Below, one piece after another: positions 48,187 through 57,849 of a stretch of 64,000 bases of DNA; position 1 is the stretch's first letter, and the number at the start of each line of letters is the position of its first letter. The stretch comes from Proteobacteria bacterium UBA2136. Lineage in GTDB: Bacteria > Pseudomonadota > Alphaproteobacteria > UBA2136. Below the pieces are notes generated by a model, which was given only the letters and a program-made list of their open reading frames with translations, was not told the DNA's origin and ran no database searches. A program made the position numbers and the translations under genes. The stretch is taken from positions 595,407 to 659,406 of the forward strand of contig DCXM01000006.1 in NCBI GenBank assembly GCA_002328405.1. The letters run 5' to 3'.

Positions 48187-48897
48187 ATGAAAATTGCAAT
48201 TTATTGCGGTGCCAAAGGTACAACGCCTGAAACCCGCAAACATGCTTACAGCTTTGCTGAACAATTTTTTATAAAACATGAAATTGTTTTGTTGGACGGT
48301 CGGTCCATTCAAAATGGTCTCTTAAATAAAACGGTGGACTATTTTATTGTCCCCGGTGGTGCAACCACAGATATGATACAGGAGCTGGGCATCCAAGGCA
48401 TTCAGGCTATATCATCTTACGTAAAAAATGGTGGTTATTACATTGGCATTTGCGCAGGTGCTTATTTGGCGTCGAGCGTGGTGGATTTTCAAAGTGATGA
48501 TTTGAAACTGGTCAAAAAAAGACCGCTTGGTTTTTATGCTGGCACGCAAAAAGGGCCTTACAATGGGCGTTATGCTTCCCAAAACAACATTGGCTTTCAA
48601 TGTGTGGATATCCATGTTTTGGGTGAAACGTTACCAGTTTACTTGAATGGTGGTGGTATTTTTGTAAACCCTGAAGCGTTGCCGAATGTTCAGGTTGTTG
48701 GTCGTTATGAAACTGGCGAAGCTTGCGCTGTGCGCTGTCAATTCGGTAAGGGTGAGGCGCTGTTGTTGGCGGTTCATTTAGAATATCAACCGCACCTTTT
48801 GCGACCCGATTCTTACATCTCACAGGCAGATATTCAACGTTTGATGCTGTCCAACCCATCACGGTTTAAAGTTTGGCAAAGCCTTTTAAATGTGTAA
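48187..48897 (+). CDS. Class I glutamine amidotransferase-like (DJ-1/BPL_N-type) domain protein
   Basis: IVPGGATTDM...YVKNGGYYIGICAGAYLAS nucleophile-elbow-like pattern; 236 aa. Confidence 0.45.
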   Translation: MKIAIYCGAKGTTPETRKHAYSFAEQFFIKHEIVLLDGRSIQNGLLNKTVDYFIVPGGATTDMIQELGIQGIQAISSYVKNGGYYIGICAGAYLASSVVDFQSDDLKLVKKRPLGFYAGTQKGPYNGRYASQNNIGFQCVDIHVLGETLPVYLNGGGIFVNPEALPNVQVVGRYETGEACAVRCQFGKGEALLLAVHLEYQPHLLRPDSYISQADIQRLMLSNPSRFKVWQSLLNV

Positions 48898-49019
48898 TCG
48901 AGCAAAAAGCATCCTTCTTGGGTGCTTTTTTTTGTGGTTGGTGTAGGGTTTTGTTAAGTCTAAGCTTGAGTTTTGTGCGATATGCGCTTATAAATAACCT
49001 AGATAAGCATTTTTTATCT

Positions 49020-49423
49020 GGGGGCGACATTGGTTTCGACGGGATAAATGAGTGTTTAGGAGCATGTGGCGGGGAGGACGGCCCACCTTACAAAACGTCT
49101 AAAAAATATAGTTGCAGATGACAACTTTGAATACGCAATGGCTGCCTAATTTAATTAAGTAGTTAGTATTCTTTTTAAACAGGGACCTATAACCTCCCTG
49201 GCCGAGTCTAAACTTTCGTGTGTTGAGGTTTATGCTTGGTTCATATTGAGACACACTCGCTGATCAGGATGCCGTGACTGTGATGTTAAATTTTAAGCGG
49301 ACGGCTTAATTGTGGTAGGTCACTCGACAGCAGTTAAGAGATTTTTAAAGAGTGACTAAACATGTAGTAGCCTGGCGCAAAACTTTGTTGCGGACGGGGG
49401 TTCAACTCCCCCCGCCTCCACCA
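49020..49423 (+). ncRNA. ssrA: tmRNA (SsrA), standard one-piece form
   Basis: 5' GGGGGCGACAUUGGUUUCGACGGG (canonical tmRNA 5' end). 3' end GGACGGGGGUUCAACUCCCCCCGCCUCCACCA (T-arm plus acceptor with G3:U wobble, CCA encoded). Tag reading frame GCA GAT GAC AAC TTT GAA TAC GCA ATG GCT GCC TAA at 49114-49149. Confidence 0.85.
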
Positions 49424-49566
49424 TTTAACAATCCAACAACGTCCAAAGAAGTTTAATTTATCTTTATTTTTCAATAATCCTTGACATGTATACGAGGTTG
49501 AAATAGTTTGCATCTTGCTGTGAATGCAACACCTTTCTTTTTCTTTTCTGTACGGAATTTATCTTT

Positions 49567-50292
49567 ATGAAAAATTTATGCAAAATGGCTACTGTGGCAA
49601 TTGTGTTTGCTGGGTTAGCTCTTTCGGCAAATGCTGAAACCTTTGATGAAAACTATAATACAATGAAAACGGATCAATATGTTTTTGATGTTCATGCGGG
49701 TCATCAATACACATTCCAATATGAATATGCTGGTAAAATTTCTGTTTGCTCGGTTTCTCAAAATGATGGTTATGGCGCCTTTACTTTTATGGTTTTCCCT
49801 GATAGATCAACAGGTTTTGATTTAGGTTTTGAAAAGATTGATGGGGAATATAAAAGTAGCTATAAAATTACATGTACTGCGTATAATGAAAATTATGCAA
49901 TAGATGGTTATGATGTTGAGCAATGGAAAAAAGGGCAAGCATCTGTACGGTCTCGTTATGGGAAAAGTGGCTTTCACGATGCACGTACTCTTGATAACGT
50001 ATTGGGCGCTGATGTGACTTATGAATCTAATTACGAATTAGAGATTGGTAGCCAAGCTGTTGGTGATATTTATCGCATAAGTAACCCGAATGATGATTTG
50101 TTGGCTTGTAAGGTGGAAACCTCAAATTCAAATTATCCGCTTTACATGCTTATTATGCCGAATAACATGCAAACTTTTCAGTCTCTTGCGGCCAGCGATG
50201 GCTCAGCACAAGTTATGTTTAAAAATTGCCGTCTGTTTCCATTGAACAATGAAATTACATTGTCTGCATTGCGGACGCATTTGATTAAATAA
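49567..50292 (+). CDS. Secreted hypothetical protein (signal peptide), A+T-rich, adjacent to ssrA
   Basis: 241 aa; signal MKNLCKMATVAIVFAGLALSANA; Y/N/G-rich beta-like composition; no motif recognised. Confidence 0.5.
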   Translation: MKNLCKMATVAIVFAGLALSANAETFDENYNTMKTDQYVFDVHAGHQYTFQYEYAGKISVCSVSQNDGYGAFTFMVFPDRSTGFDLGFEKIDGEYKSSYKITCTAYNENYAIDGYDVEQWKKGQASVRSRYGKSGFHDARTLDNVLGADVTYESNYELEIGSQAVGDIYRISNPNDDLLACKVETSNSNYPLYMLIMPNNMQTFQSLAASDGSAQVMFKNCRLFPLNNEITLSALRTHLIK

Positions 50293-50310
50293 TTTTAAAA
50301 AATCGAAAAA

Positions 50311-50338
50311 AGCACCTGTAAGGGTGCTTTTTTTTTAG
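50311..50338 (+). terminator. Rho-independent terminator
   Basis: aaaaaAGCACCtgtaaGGGTGCTttttttttt. Confidence 0.65.
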
Positions 50339-50414
50339 GGTTTTTTGTGGTTAAGTTGCTTATACTTATGTTCGTACTTTTCATTGAAAGTAAAAAGTTT
50401 TAAAGCTGTGATTC

Positions 50415-50819
50415 TTACTTGCGGACAACTGCAAAAGTGCCCACGGCGTGGGCAAGGGTCTGGCCTTCATCGTCGCCGTGAATGTGGACTTCGCCGGTTA
50501 TCAACCGTTTGCCTTCTTTAAGAAGTGAGGCTTTGACGTGAATCTTCTGGTCGCCGGGGACTTTTTTAAGGAAGTTGATGTTGATGTTGGTGGTGGAAGC
50601 TGTAGATTGAATGCCAATCTGGCTGGCGATGGCGGTGTAAAGCGCGGCGTCGGTCAGCGCCATCAAGGTTGGGCCGGAAACATTGCCGCCGGGTCGATTG
50701 TTCTGCGGGCTTGGTTCAAGGGTTAAGTGTGCTTTACCGTTGCGGGCGCTTACCACTGTGAACTTGGCATGTGGGAAGGACTTGTTGAAGTAGCTTTGAA
50801 TTTCGGACGCTGTGGACAT
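50415..50819 (-). CDS. PaaI-family hotdog-fold thioesterase
   Basis: RPGGNVSGPTLMALTDAALYTA motif region typical of PaaI/YbgC-like hotdog thioesterases; 134 aa. Confidence 0.7.
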   Translation of the reverse strand: MSTASEIQSYFNKSFPHAKFTVVSARNGKAHLTLEPSPQNNRPGGNVSGPTLMALTDAALYTAIASQIGIQSTASTTNININFLKKVPGDQKIHVKASLLKEGKRLITGEVHIHGDDEGQTLAHAVGTFAVVRK

Positions 50820-50976
50820 GTTGCTGTGCCTTATTTTTTTAAATAATTCTTCCTTTATTATAAAGCCTGTAAAGCGCTTGGTAAAGCCATCTTATTTTAC
50901 AAAGCTTAACCTTTTGTTTGTTATGTGGTACATTTTTAAACGTCTTATTGAACAAATATAAAAAAGGTAACAATAA

Positions 50977-51807
50977 ATGTGGCAAGACTTTAACTTTGAC
51001 ATTGATATGGCTGTGGTTGAGCAATATCTCACCGAATATAGCTTAAACATTTTCTTTGCACTGCTGATTTTCTTCATTGGTAAGTTTGTGGCAAAGCTTT
51101 TAACAAGCACCTTGTCCCGTGCGCTTGGCCGAGCACATGTGGACAAAACGGTGGCGGGTTTTATTTGTAACATTGTTTACGGCCTTGCGCTGACATTTGT
51201 GATCATTGCCTCCTTGGGTGAATTGGGTGTGCAAACGTCCTCCCTTGCGGCGATTATTGCGGCGGCAGGTTTGGCAGTTGGCTTGGCTTTGCAAGGGTCA
51301 CTTTCCAGCTTTGCCGCGGGTGTGATGATTATCATGTTCAAGTTCTTTAAAAATGGGGACTTTGTTGAAGTGGCTGGAGCTTCTGGCACGGTGGAAGCCA
51401 TTCACATTTTTAACACCGTTTTAAAAACACCGGATAATAAAGTGATTATCATTCCCAACGCGTCTATCATTTCTAAAAACATTGTAAACTTTTCTGAAAA
51501 ACCAACCAGAAGGTTGGACATGGTGTTTGGCTGTGGCTACGATGATGATATTCGCAAGGTTAAAAAGTTGCTTACCAAAATTATCAATGATGATGAAAGA
51601 GTGCTGCAAGACCCAGAACCTCTGATTGCGGTGGATGAATTGGCCGACAGCAGTGTTAACTTTAAGGTGCGACCGTGGGTTAAAAAAGAAGACTACTGGG
51701 CTTTAAAGCACGACATTACCGAAAAGGTGAAGTTGGAGTTTGATAAAGCAGGATTCTCTATCCCTTACCCACAAAGAGACGTTCATGTCCATAAAGTTGA
51801 AAGCTAA
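50977..51807 (+). CDS. Small-conductance mechanosensitive channel (MscS family)
   Basis: Three N-terminal TM helices, conserved pore region GAAGLAVGLALQGSLSSFAAG, C-terminal beta domain IIPNASIISKNIVNFS. Confidence 0.85.
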   Translation: MWQDFNFDIDMAVVEQYLTEYSLNIFFALLIFFIGKFVAKLLTSTLSRALGRAHVDKTVAGFICNIVYGLALTFVIIASLGELGVQTSSLAAIIAAAGLAVGLALQGSLSSFAAGVMIIMFKFFKNGDFVEVAGASGTVEAIHIFNTVLKTPDNKVIIIPNASIISKNIVNFSEKPTRRLDMVFGCGYDDDIRKVKKLLTKIINDDERVLQDPEPLIAVDELADSSVNFKVRPWVKKEDYWALKHDITEKVKLEFDKAGFSIPYPQRDVHVHKVES

Positions 51808-51813
51808 AGCTTG

Positions 51814-52353
51814 TTACGGCTTGGTTGTGAACTTTAATGTGACCGGAATCTCAAGTCCGACCCATTCGCCAGAAGGGTCGGATTTTTTTCCGATGGCGTA
51901 GTCAAGGCGGTTGATGGTGAATGTGGTCTGCCCTTTGATGTGACCATCAGGCAAATCTTCTGTTGTGAGGTCGAATGTGATGTCCTTTGAAATGCCTTTG
52001 ATGTTCAACTCACCCGTAACTTCGAAGTTGTTGGTGCTGACCTCTTCAATTTTTGTGCTTTGGAATGTGGCTTTAGAGTGGTTTTTGCTGTCAAACCAGT
52101 CAACCGTTGGCAGTGTGCCGTCATACATTGGGTTGCCTGTTTGGGCGCTGTTGGTGTGAAATGTCGCTTGAATGCCATTGTTTTCGGTTAGGTTTACTTG
52201 TCCGCTCCATTCTTCAAAATGGCCTTTAAAAGGTGTGCCTGCGTGAGTACCTTCAAATGTGACTGTGCTGTGTTGGTTGTTAATTTCCAAGGCCAAGGCA
52301 GGTGTCGTTGCCATGATTGTTAAAGCTAAAAGTGTTGTCAAAATATGTTTCAT
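51814..52353 (-). CDS. YceI-family periplasmic protein
   Basis: Signal peptide; YceI-like pattern STVTFEGTHAGTPFKGHFEEWSGQV; co-operonic with cytochrome b561. Confidence 0.7.
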   Translation of the reverse strand: MKHILTTLLALTIMATTPALALEINNQHSTVTFEGTHAGTPFKGHFEEWSGQVNLTENNGIQATFHTNSAQTGNPMYDGTLPTVDWFDSKNHSKATFQSTKIEEVSTNNFEVTGELNIKGISKDITFDLTTEDLPDGHIKGQTTFTINRLDYAIGKKSDPSGEWVGLEIPVTLKFTTKP

Positions 52354-52905
52354 TTATTGTTTCCACCATATACGTTTTATGAGGTTGATTTTGTCTTTTT
52401 TATAATGGCCAATCACAGCGCCAACATGACCAACAATTAAAGTGGCTAGGAAGATAAAGCCATAAAAATGGACGGTCTTTGCAGTGCTGTTCCACAATTC
52501 ATTGGCTGAAATATTGGGGATATGGGGCCACTGGAACCAGCCAAAAACAATGGTTGGAAGTCCGTATATGCTGCTGGAAACCATCACCCAGCCAGACAAT
52601 GTCATGGCTATCATGGCGACATAAAGAGCCATGTGCCCAGCATGTGCTAATCTTTTTTCAAGGTTGTTGAAGTGTTGAGGTAAAGGTGGCAGGGCACTCA
52701 AAAGGCGTATTAAAATACGAATGGCAAGGGCGATGAGCAATAAAACACCACCGGACTTATGCCACTGGAATATTTTAAATTTAAGCGCATTGTCCATGTT
52801 GAAATATTCCATGTAAATGCCGCTGCCCAGCATCATTAAAATGCCGACGGCCATGCCCCAGTGTAGAACAATCATTAAGCTGTTATATCTCTTTTTTAAG
52901 GGCAT
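52354..52905 (-). CDS. Cytochrome b561 family membrane protein (CybB-like)
   Basis: N-terminal SLMIVLHWGMAV (HW haem-ligand motif), four TM helices with conserved His; 183 aa. Confidence 0.7.
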   Translation of the reverse strand: MPLKKRYNSLMIVLHWGMAVGILMMLGSGIYMEYFNMDNALKFKIFQWHKSGGVLLLIALAIRILIRLLSALPPLPQHFNNLEKRLAHAGHMALYVAMIAMTLSGWVMVSSSIYGLPTIVFGWFQWPHIPNISANELWNSTAKTVHFYGFIFLATLIVGHVGAVIGHYKKDKINLIKRIWWKQ

Positions 52906-52928
52906 GGTTTTTGTCGCCAGATTTTTGT

Positions 52929-53543
52929 TTATTTTTTCTCAAACTCGGTTTCAATGATCAGCTTCACTTCGTCGCCAATGTTGGGAACATAAGTTGTGAA
53001 GCCCCAGTCGGAACGGTTAAGGGTGCCTTTAGCCGAAAAACCAAGTGCTGGCTTGCCTGTAAATGGGTGAGCTTCATAAGCGCCGTTAAAGTTGACATTT
53101 AAGGTCACAGGCTTTGTTTGGCCAAGCAGGGTTAAATCACCCGTCATAATGGCTGTTTTTTCGCCAGTCATTTCAAGTTTTGTGGACTTGAAATCAATTT
53201 TGGGAAATGCAGAGGCATTGAACCAGTCTTCATTTTCCACTAATTTTTTGTCAAAGTCCTTTTTTTGTGGGTAAGGGTAGTCTGTTTTAATAGAAGTCGG
53301 ATCAATAGAGGCGGTGATCACACTTTCTTCTGGGTTTTTGGGGTTATAGTCAACTTCGGCTGTAAATTTGGTAAAGCGTGCAGTGTAGTTGGAAAGGCCT
53401 AGGTGATTAACCTGCCATGTGATGCTGGCATGGGTTGGGTCAAGGGTGTAAATTCCCGCAGGAACTTGTTTGAAGGATTCTTCTGCCAATGCGCCTTGGC
53501 TGATAAATAATGCTGTGCACAAAGCAAGTGTTGTTCTTTTCAT
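52929..53543 (-). CDS. YceI-family periplasmic protein (second copy)
   Basis: Signal peptide; GIYTLDPTHASITWQVNHLGLSNYTARFTKF matches YceI-family N-terminal signature. Confidence 0.7.
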   Translation of the reverse strand: MKRTTLALCTALFISQGALAEESFKQVPAGIYTLDPTHASITWQVNHLGLSNYTARFTKFTAEVDYNPKNPEESVITASIDPTSIKTDYPYPQKKDFDKKLVENEDWFNASAFPKIDFKSTKLEMTGEKTAIMTGDLTLLGQTKPVTLNVNFNGAYEAHPFTGKPALGFSAKGTLNRSDWGFTTYVPNIGDEVKLIIETEFEKK

Positions 53544-53839
53544 GGGGTGTTTACCTTCTTACTTTTTGTTTGAGTTGTTTTTAGCTTTTGTTAGCTGACA
53601 TTGTAACCTTGTGAGGCTTAGCTTTAAAGGATTATTTTATAAATAAAATGAAAGTGCTGAAATAAAATGCACTGTTATTTGCTTTGTTTGCAGCTTTTTA
53701 AAGTGTGCTGTGTGGGTAGCAGTGCAATTGAAAATTAACAAGCTTTGTTGTTGAGTGACGCTTTTGCCTTGATTGTAAAGGTCTTTGCAAGCTAGAATTT
53801 CCACAAATTTGAATAATAAAAGTTTAAAGGTTTAATTGT

Positions 53840-54664
53840 ATGTTGACTGAAAATTCTCCAAAGTTGTGGCGCGATGACTTCCCTGTTCCAACAGCAGAAA
53901 CGCATAAATACATGCGAGGCCATGTAGTGATTGTTGCAGGTCGAATGCTAGGTGCGTCAAAGTTGGCATCACGTGCGGCTCGGCGTATTGGGGCAGGCTT
54001 GGTAACCCTTGTGTGTGAGCCTAATGCTTATCAAGTGTTGTCACAAGATTGGCCGGGAACAATGGTGAATGCACTTGGCGAGGGTAAGCGTTACACCGAG
54101 CACTTGGTGGATGAGCGTAAAAATGCCTTTTTACTGGGCCCTGGTGGTGGTTTGGATTCTGATTTGAAGTCAAAAATACTCTACACCCTTGAAATGGGAC
54201 CTGCTAAGGCTGCTGTGGTGGATGCGGATGGTTTGAATGTTTTTAAAAATGACAGTGAGAAGTTGATCCAAACCTTGCATGGAAATTGTGTTATTACACC
54301 GCACTTGGGTGAATTTTCAAGGATTTTCCCTGATATTAGTGGCAGCAAAGAAAAAATGGCCATGGCGGCAGCGCAGCGTGCCGGTTGTGTGGTCATTTTA
54401 AAAGGGGCCGAGACTGTGATTGCCTCCCCTCAAGGTGAGGTGGTGGTGAATAAGCATGCGTCTCCTTACCTAGCAACGGGTGGAACAGGGGATGTTCTGG
54501 CTGGATTTGTTGTGGGTTTGATGGCGCAAGGTGTATCAGCCTTTAAATCTGCGCAAATGGCTGTTTGGTTGCACGGTGATGTGGCAATTGATATTGGTGC
54601 TGGCTTGATTGCAGAAGATTTGATTGACCATGTAGCGGTTTCTATGAGGAAAGTCTTAAGCTGA
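53840..54664 (+). CDS. ADP-dependent NAD(P)H-hydrate dehydratase (Nnr, YjeF C-terminal domain only)
   Basis: GGTGDVLAG motif and VVDADGLN region of the carbohydrate-kinase-like YjeF_C domain; 274 aa, no N-terminal epimerase domain. Confidence 0.8.
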   Translation: MLTENSPKLWRDDFPVPTAETHKYMRGHVVIVAGRMLGASKLASRAARRIGAGLVTLVCEPNAYQVLSQDWPGTMVNALGEGKRYTEHLVDERKNAFLLGPGGGLDSDLKSKILYTLEMGPAKAAVVDADGLNVFKNDSEKLIQTLHGNCVITPHLGEFSRIFPDISGSKEKMAMAAAQRAGCVVILKGAETVIASPQGEVVVNKHASPYLATGGTGDVLAGFVVGLMAQGVSAFKSAQMAVWLHGDVAIDIGAGLIAEDLIDHVAVSMRKVLS

Positions 54665-54758
54665 TCGCTATTGCTTTATTGCAAAGTGTCAGTTTTATTA
54701 TTACATGCAACTATAAGTGTTTAGATTTTTATTTTTAACGTCAGAGGGTAGGGGTTTT

Positions 54759-55109
54759 ATGAGTTCAATTAAATTTGTTGGTTTTACGTCTTTATTGGTA
54801 ACAATGCTTTTTGTTGGGCAGGTAAATGCGCAGCAGGCAACTATTGTGCAGGGCAGTGTTGCTTCGTCTGCGGGTCAGGTGAAGGCTTTGGAAGAAAAGG
54901 TGGAATCCTTAAAGTTGGTTATTAAGGACTTGAACAGCAACCTGAAAGAATTGGGCGATCGCCTCACTAAAGCAGAGCTTGTGAATGCAGCGATCAATGC
55001 ATGTGCAGCAATGGACCCGCCAACTGTTTACGCGGGTTCTTTGTTAGGCTGTGTGGAGGTGAAGCCAGCTCCGTGTGAGTTGTGTGAAGCGCCAGAAGAA
55101 GGTGAATAA
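54759..55109 (+). CDS. Secreted coiled-coil protein with Cys-rich C-terminus
   Basis: Signal MSSIKFVGFTSLLVTMLFVGQVNA; heptad-like VKALEEKVESLKLVIKDLNSNLKELGDRL; C-terminal CAAMD...CVEVKPAPCELCE; 5 nt upstream of vWA gene. Confidence 0.45.
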   Translation: MSSIKFVGFTSLLVTMLFVGQVNAQQATIVQGSVASSAGQVKALEEKVESLKLVIKDLNSNLKELGDRLTKAELVNAAINACAAMDPPTVYAGSLLGCVEVKPAPCELCEAPEEGE

Positions 55110-55114
55110 GGGTT

Positions 55115-56590
55115 ATGATGATGGGTAGGTACTTTTTTAGTTTTATATTATTGTCTTTTTCGGTGATAGGTAGCGTGCATGCGCAAGAGCATCGTGCGGT
55201 TGCTGTGACAGATGCCGTTGATTTTAAATACCAGCAAACGCAGCTGGACAATGCGGTTAATAAGGCAAAAAGTACAATCGATGACATGTTCCGTCGTTTA
55301 GAGAATGTTGAGGATAATCAGCAAGGTGTGATTTCCTGTGCAAGACAGGACTCGCCAACAGACCCTGACAGTTACGCTATTTGGGACAATGGCAAAGGAA
55401 AGTGTGTCACCTTAACACGTAATTGCGTTCCTGTGCCTCAAAACCCGATTGAATCGAGAGAGTTGGTGTTTATTTTTGATGCATCCTCTTCTATGGAGCA
55501 AACATATAGTCCTCCAACAGTTCCACACAATTGTAAGCCTTATTATGAGCGCTATGTAGATGAGTGTGGCAGTAAATATTACCCAAGCTTTAAGCAGCAA
55601 CACCCTGTTAAAAAAGAATGTGGTAACTACTCCTCAACCAAGTTCTGTAAATGGTGTGGTTACAAACCAGCTGCTCCAAAAGAAAAAGTCGTGATTGATA
55701 CCATTATCAACGGTGAAGGTTTGGAGGAGAAAGTTTACGGTTATCAGTTTGTGACTGAAGGTCCAGAGTGGGAAAAGTACTTGGATAAAAAAGAAAAATA
55801 TGACAACTGCGTTCAGCACAATGCTGAAACGGATTGTGTCAACAAATATAACCAATGTAAATCTGAAGCAAGTGCTGAATTGTCTGAAGAGATTGAAGCG
55901 TATAACGAAGCTTATCAGGTTTGGAAAAATGAAGTGTACGAACCTTATAAGGTATGCCGTAATGAGCAGTATAAAGAATATACAACTTGCGTGAACGACT
56001 TTAATAAAGTTTGGAACACTGCTAAGCCTGAACCGAGAATTGGTGCAGCTAAAAAAGCTGTGAAGGATTCAATTAAAAAAGCGCCAACCTTTGTAGAGCT
56101 TGGTCTGGTTGTATTTAACGGTTGTGAAAATGTTGTAAACCATGGTTTTTATCTAGATGCTGACCGTACGGACTTGCTTAAAGCAGTGGATGCGATTGAA
56201 GCTTCAGGTTCAACCCCGTTGGTGGATTCGATGTTAATTGCAGCCGAGAACATGAAGATTAAGAGTGAGACCGTGAACGCTGAAGGTTATATTGTATTGG
56301 TGACGGATGGTGAGGACACCTGTGTCAGTAAGGATTCAGCGGTTGCGATGAAGTCTGTTTGTGACACGGCAAAGGCCTTGAAAAAAGAAAATGAAGGCCT
56401 TGTCATCAATGTGATGGACTTGTCCAATAACTCTAAGCTGTCTTGCATTTCAGAGTTTACGGGTGGTGTTTACGCCAGTGTCAACTCTGAGAGCACCATG
56501 TTAAGTGCCATTGTGGGTGAGATGTCCAAAATTTCAGATGTGCCAGAATATTGCTACGCACCTTCTGAATACGCCTACGAAGAGGACTAA
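55115..56590 (+). CDS. Secreted von Willebrand factor A (vWA) domain protein with large Cys/Lys-rich insertion
   Basis: Signal peptide; MIDAS DASSSM (DxSxS) near residue 123, then the rest of the fold (SGSTPL, LVTDGEDT) after a ~200-aa Cys-rich coiled segment. Confidence 0.6.
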   Translation: MMMGRYFFSFILLSFSVIGSVHAQEHRAVAVTDAVDFKYQQTQLDNAVNKAKSTIDDMFRRLENVEDNQQGVISCARQDSPTDPDSYAIWDNGKGKCVTLTRNCVPVPQNPIESRELVFIFDASSSMEQTYSPPTVPHNCKPYYERYVDECGSKYYPSFKQQHPVKKECGNYSSTKFCKWCGYKPAAPKEKVVIDTIINGEGLEEKVYGYQFVTEGPEWEKYLDKKEKYDNCVQHNAETDCVNKYNQCKSEASAELSEEIEAYNEAYQVWKNEVYEPYKVCRNEQYKEYTTCVNDFNKVWNTAKPEPRIGAAKKAVKDSIKKAPTFVELGLVVFNGCENVVNHGFYLDADRTDLLKAVDAIEASGSTPLVDSMLIAAENMKIKSETVNAEGYIVLVTDGEDTCVSKDSAVAMKSVCDTAKALKKENEGLVINVMDLSNNSKLSCISEFTGGVYASVNSESTMLSAIVGEMSKISDVPEYCYAPSEYAYEED

Positions 56591-56619
56591 ACTTAAAACA
56601 AGTTAAGGGCAGCAAAGAA

Positions 56620-56650
56620 GTCTTTGGTTGATATCAAAGGCTTTTTTGTG
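56620..56650 (+). terminator. Rho-independent terminator after vWA gene
   Basis: tCTTTGgttgatatCAAAGgcttttttgtg (hairpin containing a ttgatatcaa palindrome plus T-run). Confidence 0.5.
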
Positions 56651-56689
56651 TTAGCTGTTTTGTGAAATGTAACAAAAAGGGTTTTTGAC

Positions 56690-57091
56690 GTGTTTGAATT
56701 GAATGAAAGGCTTGCTGCGGACACTTTTGAAGTGTGCGATTTGGCGGTTTCTAAAGTGTTGTTGATGAATGACACGGCTTACCCTTGGCTCATCCTTGTG
56801 CCTATGCAAAATGGCGTGGTGGAATTGGCGGACCTTAATGAACAGGATCAGCAAACCTTAATGACTGAAATGGTTCAGGTGAGTGAAGTTTTAAAAGAAC
56901 TAACAGGTGCCCATAAGATGAATGTGGCAACCTTGGGCAATGTGGTTTCACAGCTTCATGTTCATGTGATTGCACGCTTTGAAGATGACGCGGCATGGCC
57001 AGCACCTGTTTGGGGTAAAACAAAAGCCATCCCTTACGGTGCGCAAGCACAAGCGAAGTTTGTAGAAGTGCTTCAGCAAAAATTGGCCTGA
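56690..57091 (+). CDS. HIT-family (histidine triad) hydrolase
   Basis: Histidine triad LHVHVIARF; GTG start; 133 aa. Confidence 0.75.
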   Translation: MFELNERLAADTFEVCDLAVSKVLLMNDTAYPWLILVPMQNGVVELADLNEQDQQTLMTEMVQVSEVLKELTGAHKMNVATLGNVVSQLHVHVIARFEDDAAWPAPVWGKTKAIPYGAQAQAKFVEVLQQKLA

Positions 57092-57202
57092 ATGCTTTAA
57101 ATTGTTGACAGCGTGGCGGTTTTTGCTTACTTTCCATCAAAGTTAGGTATATGACACCCTTGGAGGTCAATACCGTTATATAATTTAAGAAAGGTTTTAA
57201 AC

Positions 57203-57844
57203 ATGTCTGAAGTATATGTTATGGAAGCTCAAGCTCGCGCTGAAGGTGGTAAGGGGGTCGCTCGTCGCATGCGTAATGAAGGTTACGTACCGGCAGTGAT
57301 TTACGGTTCTAAGAAGGAGCCTCAAAAGGTTGCTGTTACTGGTCACAGCTTGCAAATGGCTATCCAAAAAGGTGGTTTTTTGACCAAACCACAAGAAGTA
57401 AACGTTGATGGTAAAGTTGAAAAAGTTTTGCCACGTGAAATTCAAACAGACCCAGTATCTGACAAAATCATGCACGTAGACTTCTTGCGCTACGATCCGA
57501 AGCGTGTTGTTAAGGCTATTGTTGGTCTAGAAATGACAGGTATTGAGAAGTCTCCTGGTGTTAAAAAAGGTGGTGTACCTTCACTTGCACGTACAGAAGT
57601 TGAACTTCTTTGCCGTGCGGACTCTATCCCTCAAGTTCTTTACGTTGCGATGGACGGTCTTGACGTGGGTGAAGCTGTTAAGTTCTCATCTCTTGAATTG
57701 CCAGAAGGTGTTAAGCCTGCAATTGCTGACCGTGACTTCACATTGGCTTCTGTTCTTGCGACACGTACTTCTACCATGTCTGACATGGATGAAGGCGAAG
57801 AAGCAGAATCATCTGAAGGTGGCGAAGAAGCTTCTGAAGAGTAA
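57203..57844 (+). CDS. rplY: 50S ribosomal protein L25 / general stress protein Ctc
   Basis: N-terminal ARAEGGKGVARRMRNEGYVPAVIYG typical of L25; acidic C-terminal tail; 213 aa. Confidence 0.9.
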   Translation: MSEVYVMEAQARAEGGKGVARRMRNEGYVPAVIYGSKKEPQKVAVTGHSLQMAIQKGGFLTKPQEVNVDGKVEKVLPREIQTDPVSDKIMHVDFLRYDPKRVVKAIVGLEMTGIEKSPGVKKGGVPSLARTEVELLCRADSIPQVLYVAMDGLDVGEAVKFSSLELPEGVKPAIADRDFTLASVLATRTSTMSDMDEGEEAESSEGGEEASEE

Positions 57845-57849
57845 GGTTT

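Noticed and set aside
48873-49121. 82-aa ORF overlapping the 5' part of the tmRNA gene
   Set aside because: Region is accounted for by ssrA (canonical tmRNA ends and tag frame). The ORF translation is Cys/Gly-rich and non-protein-like.
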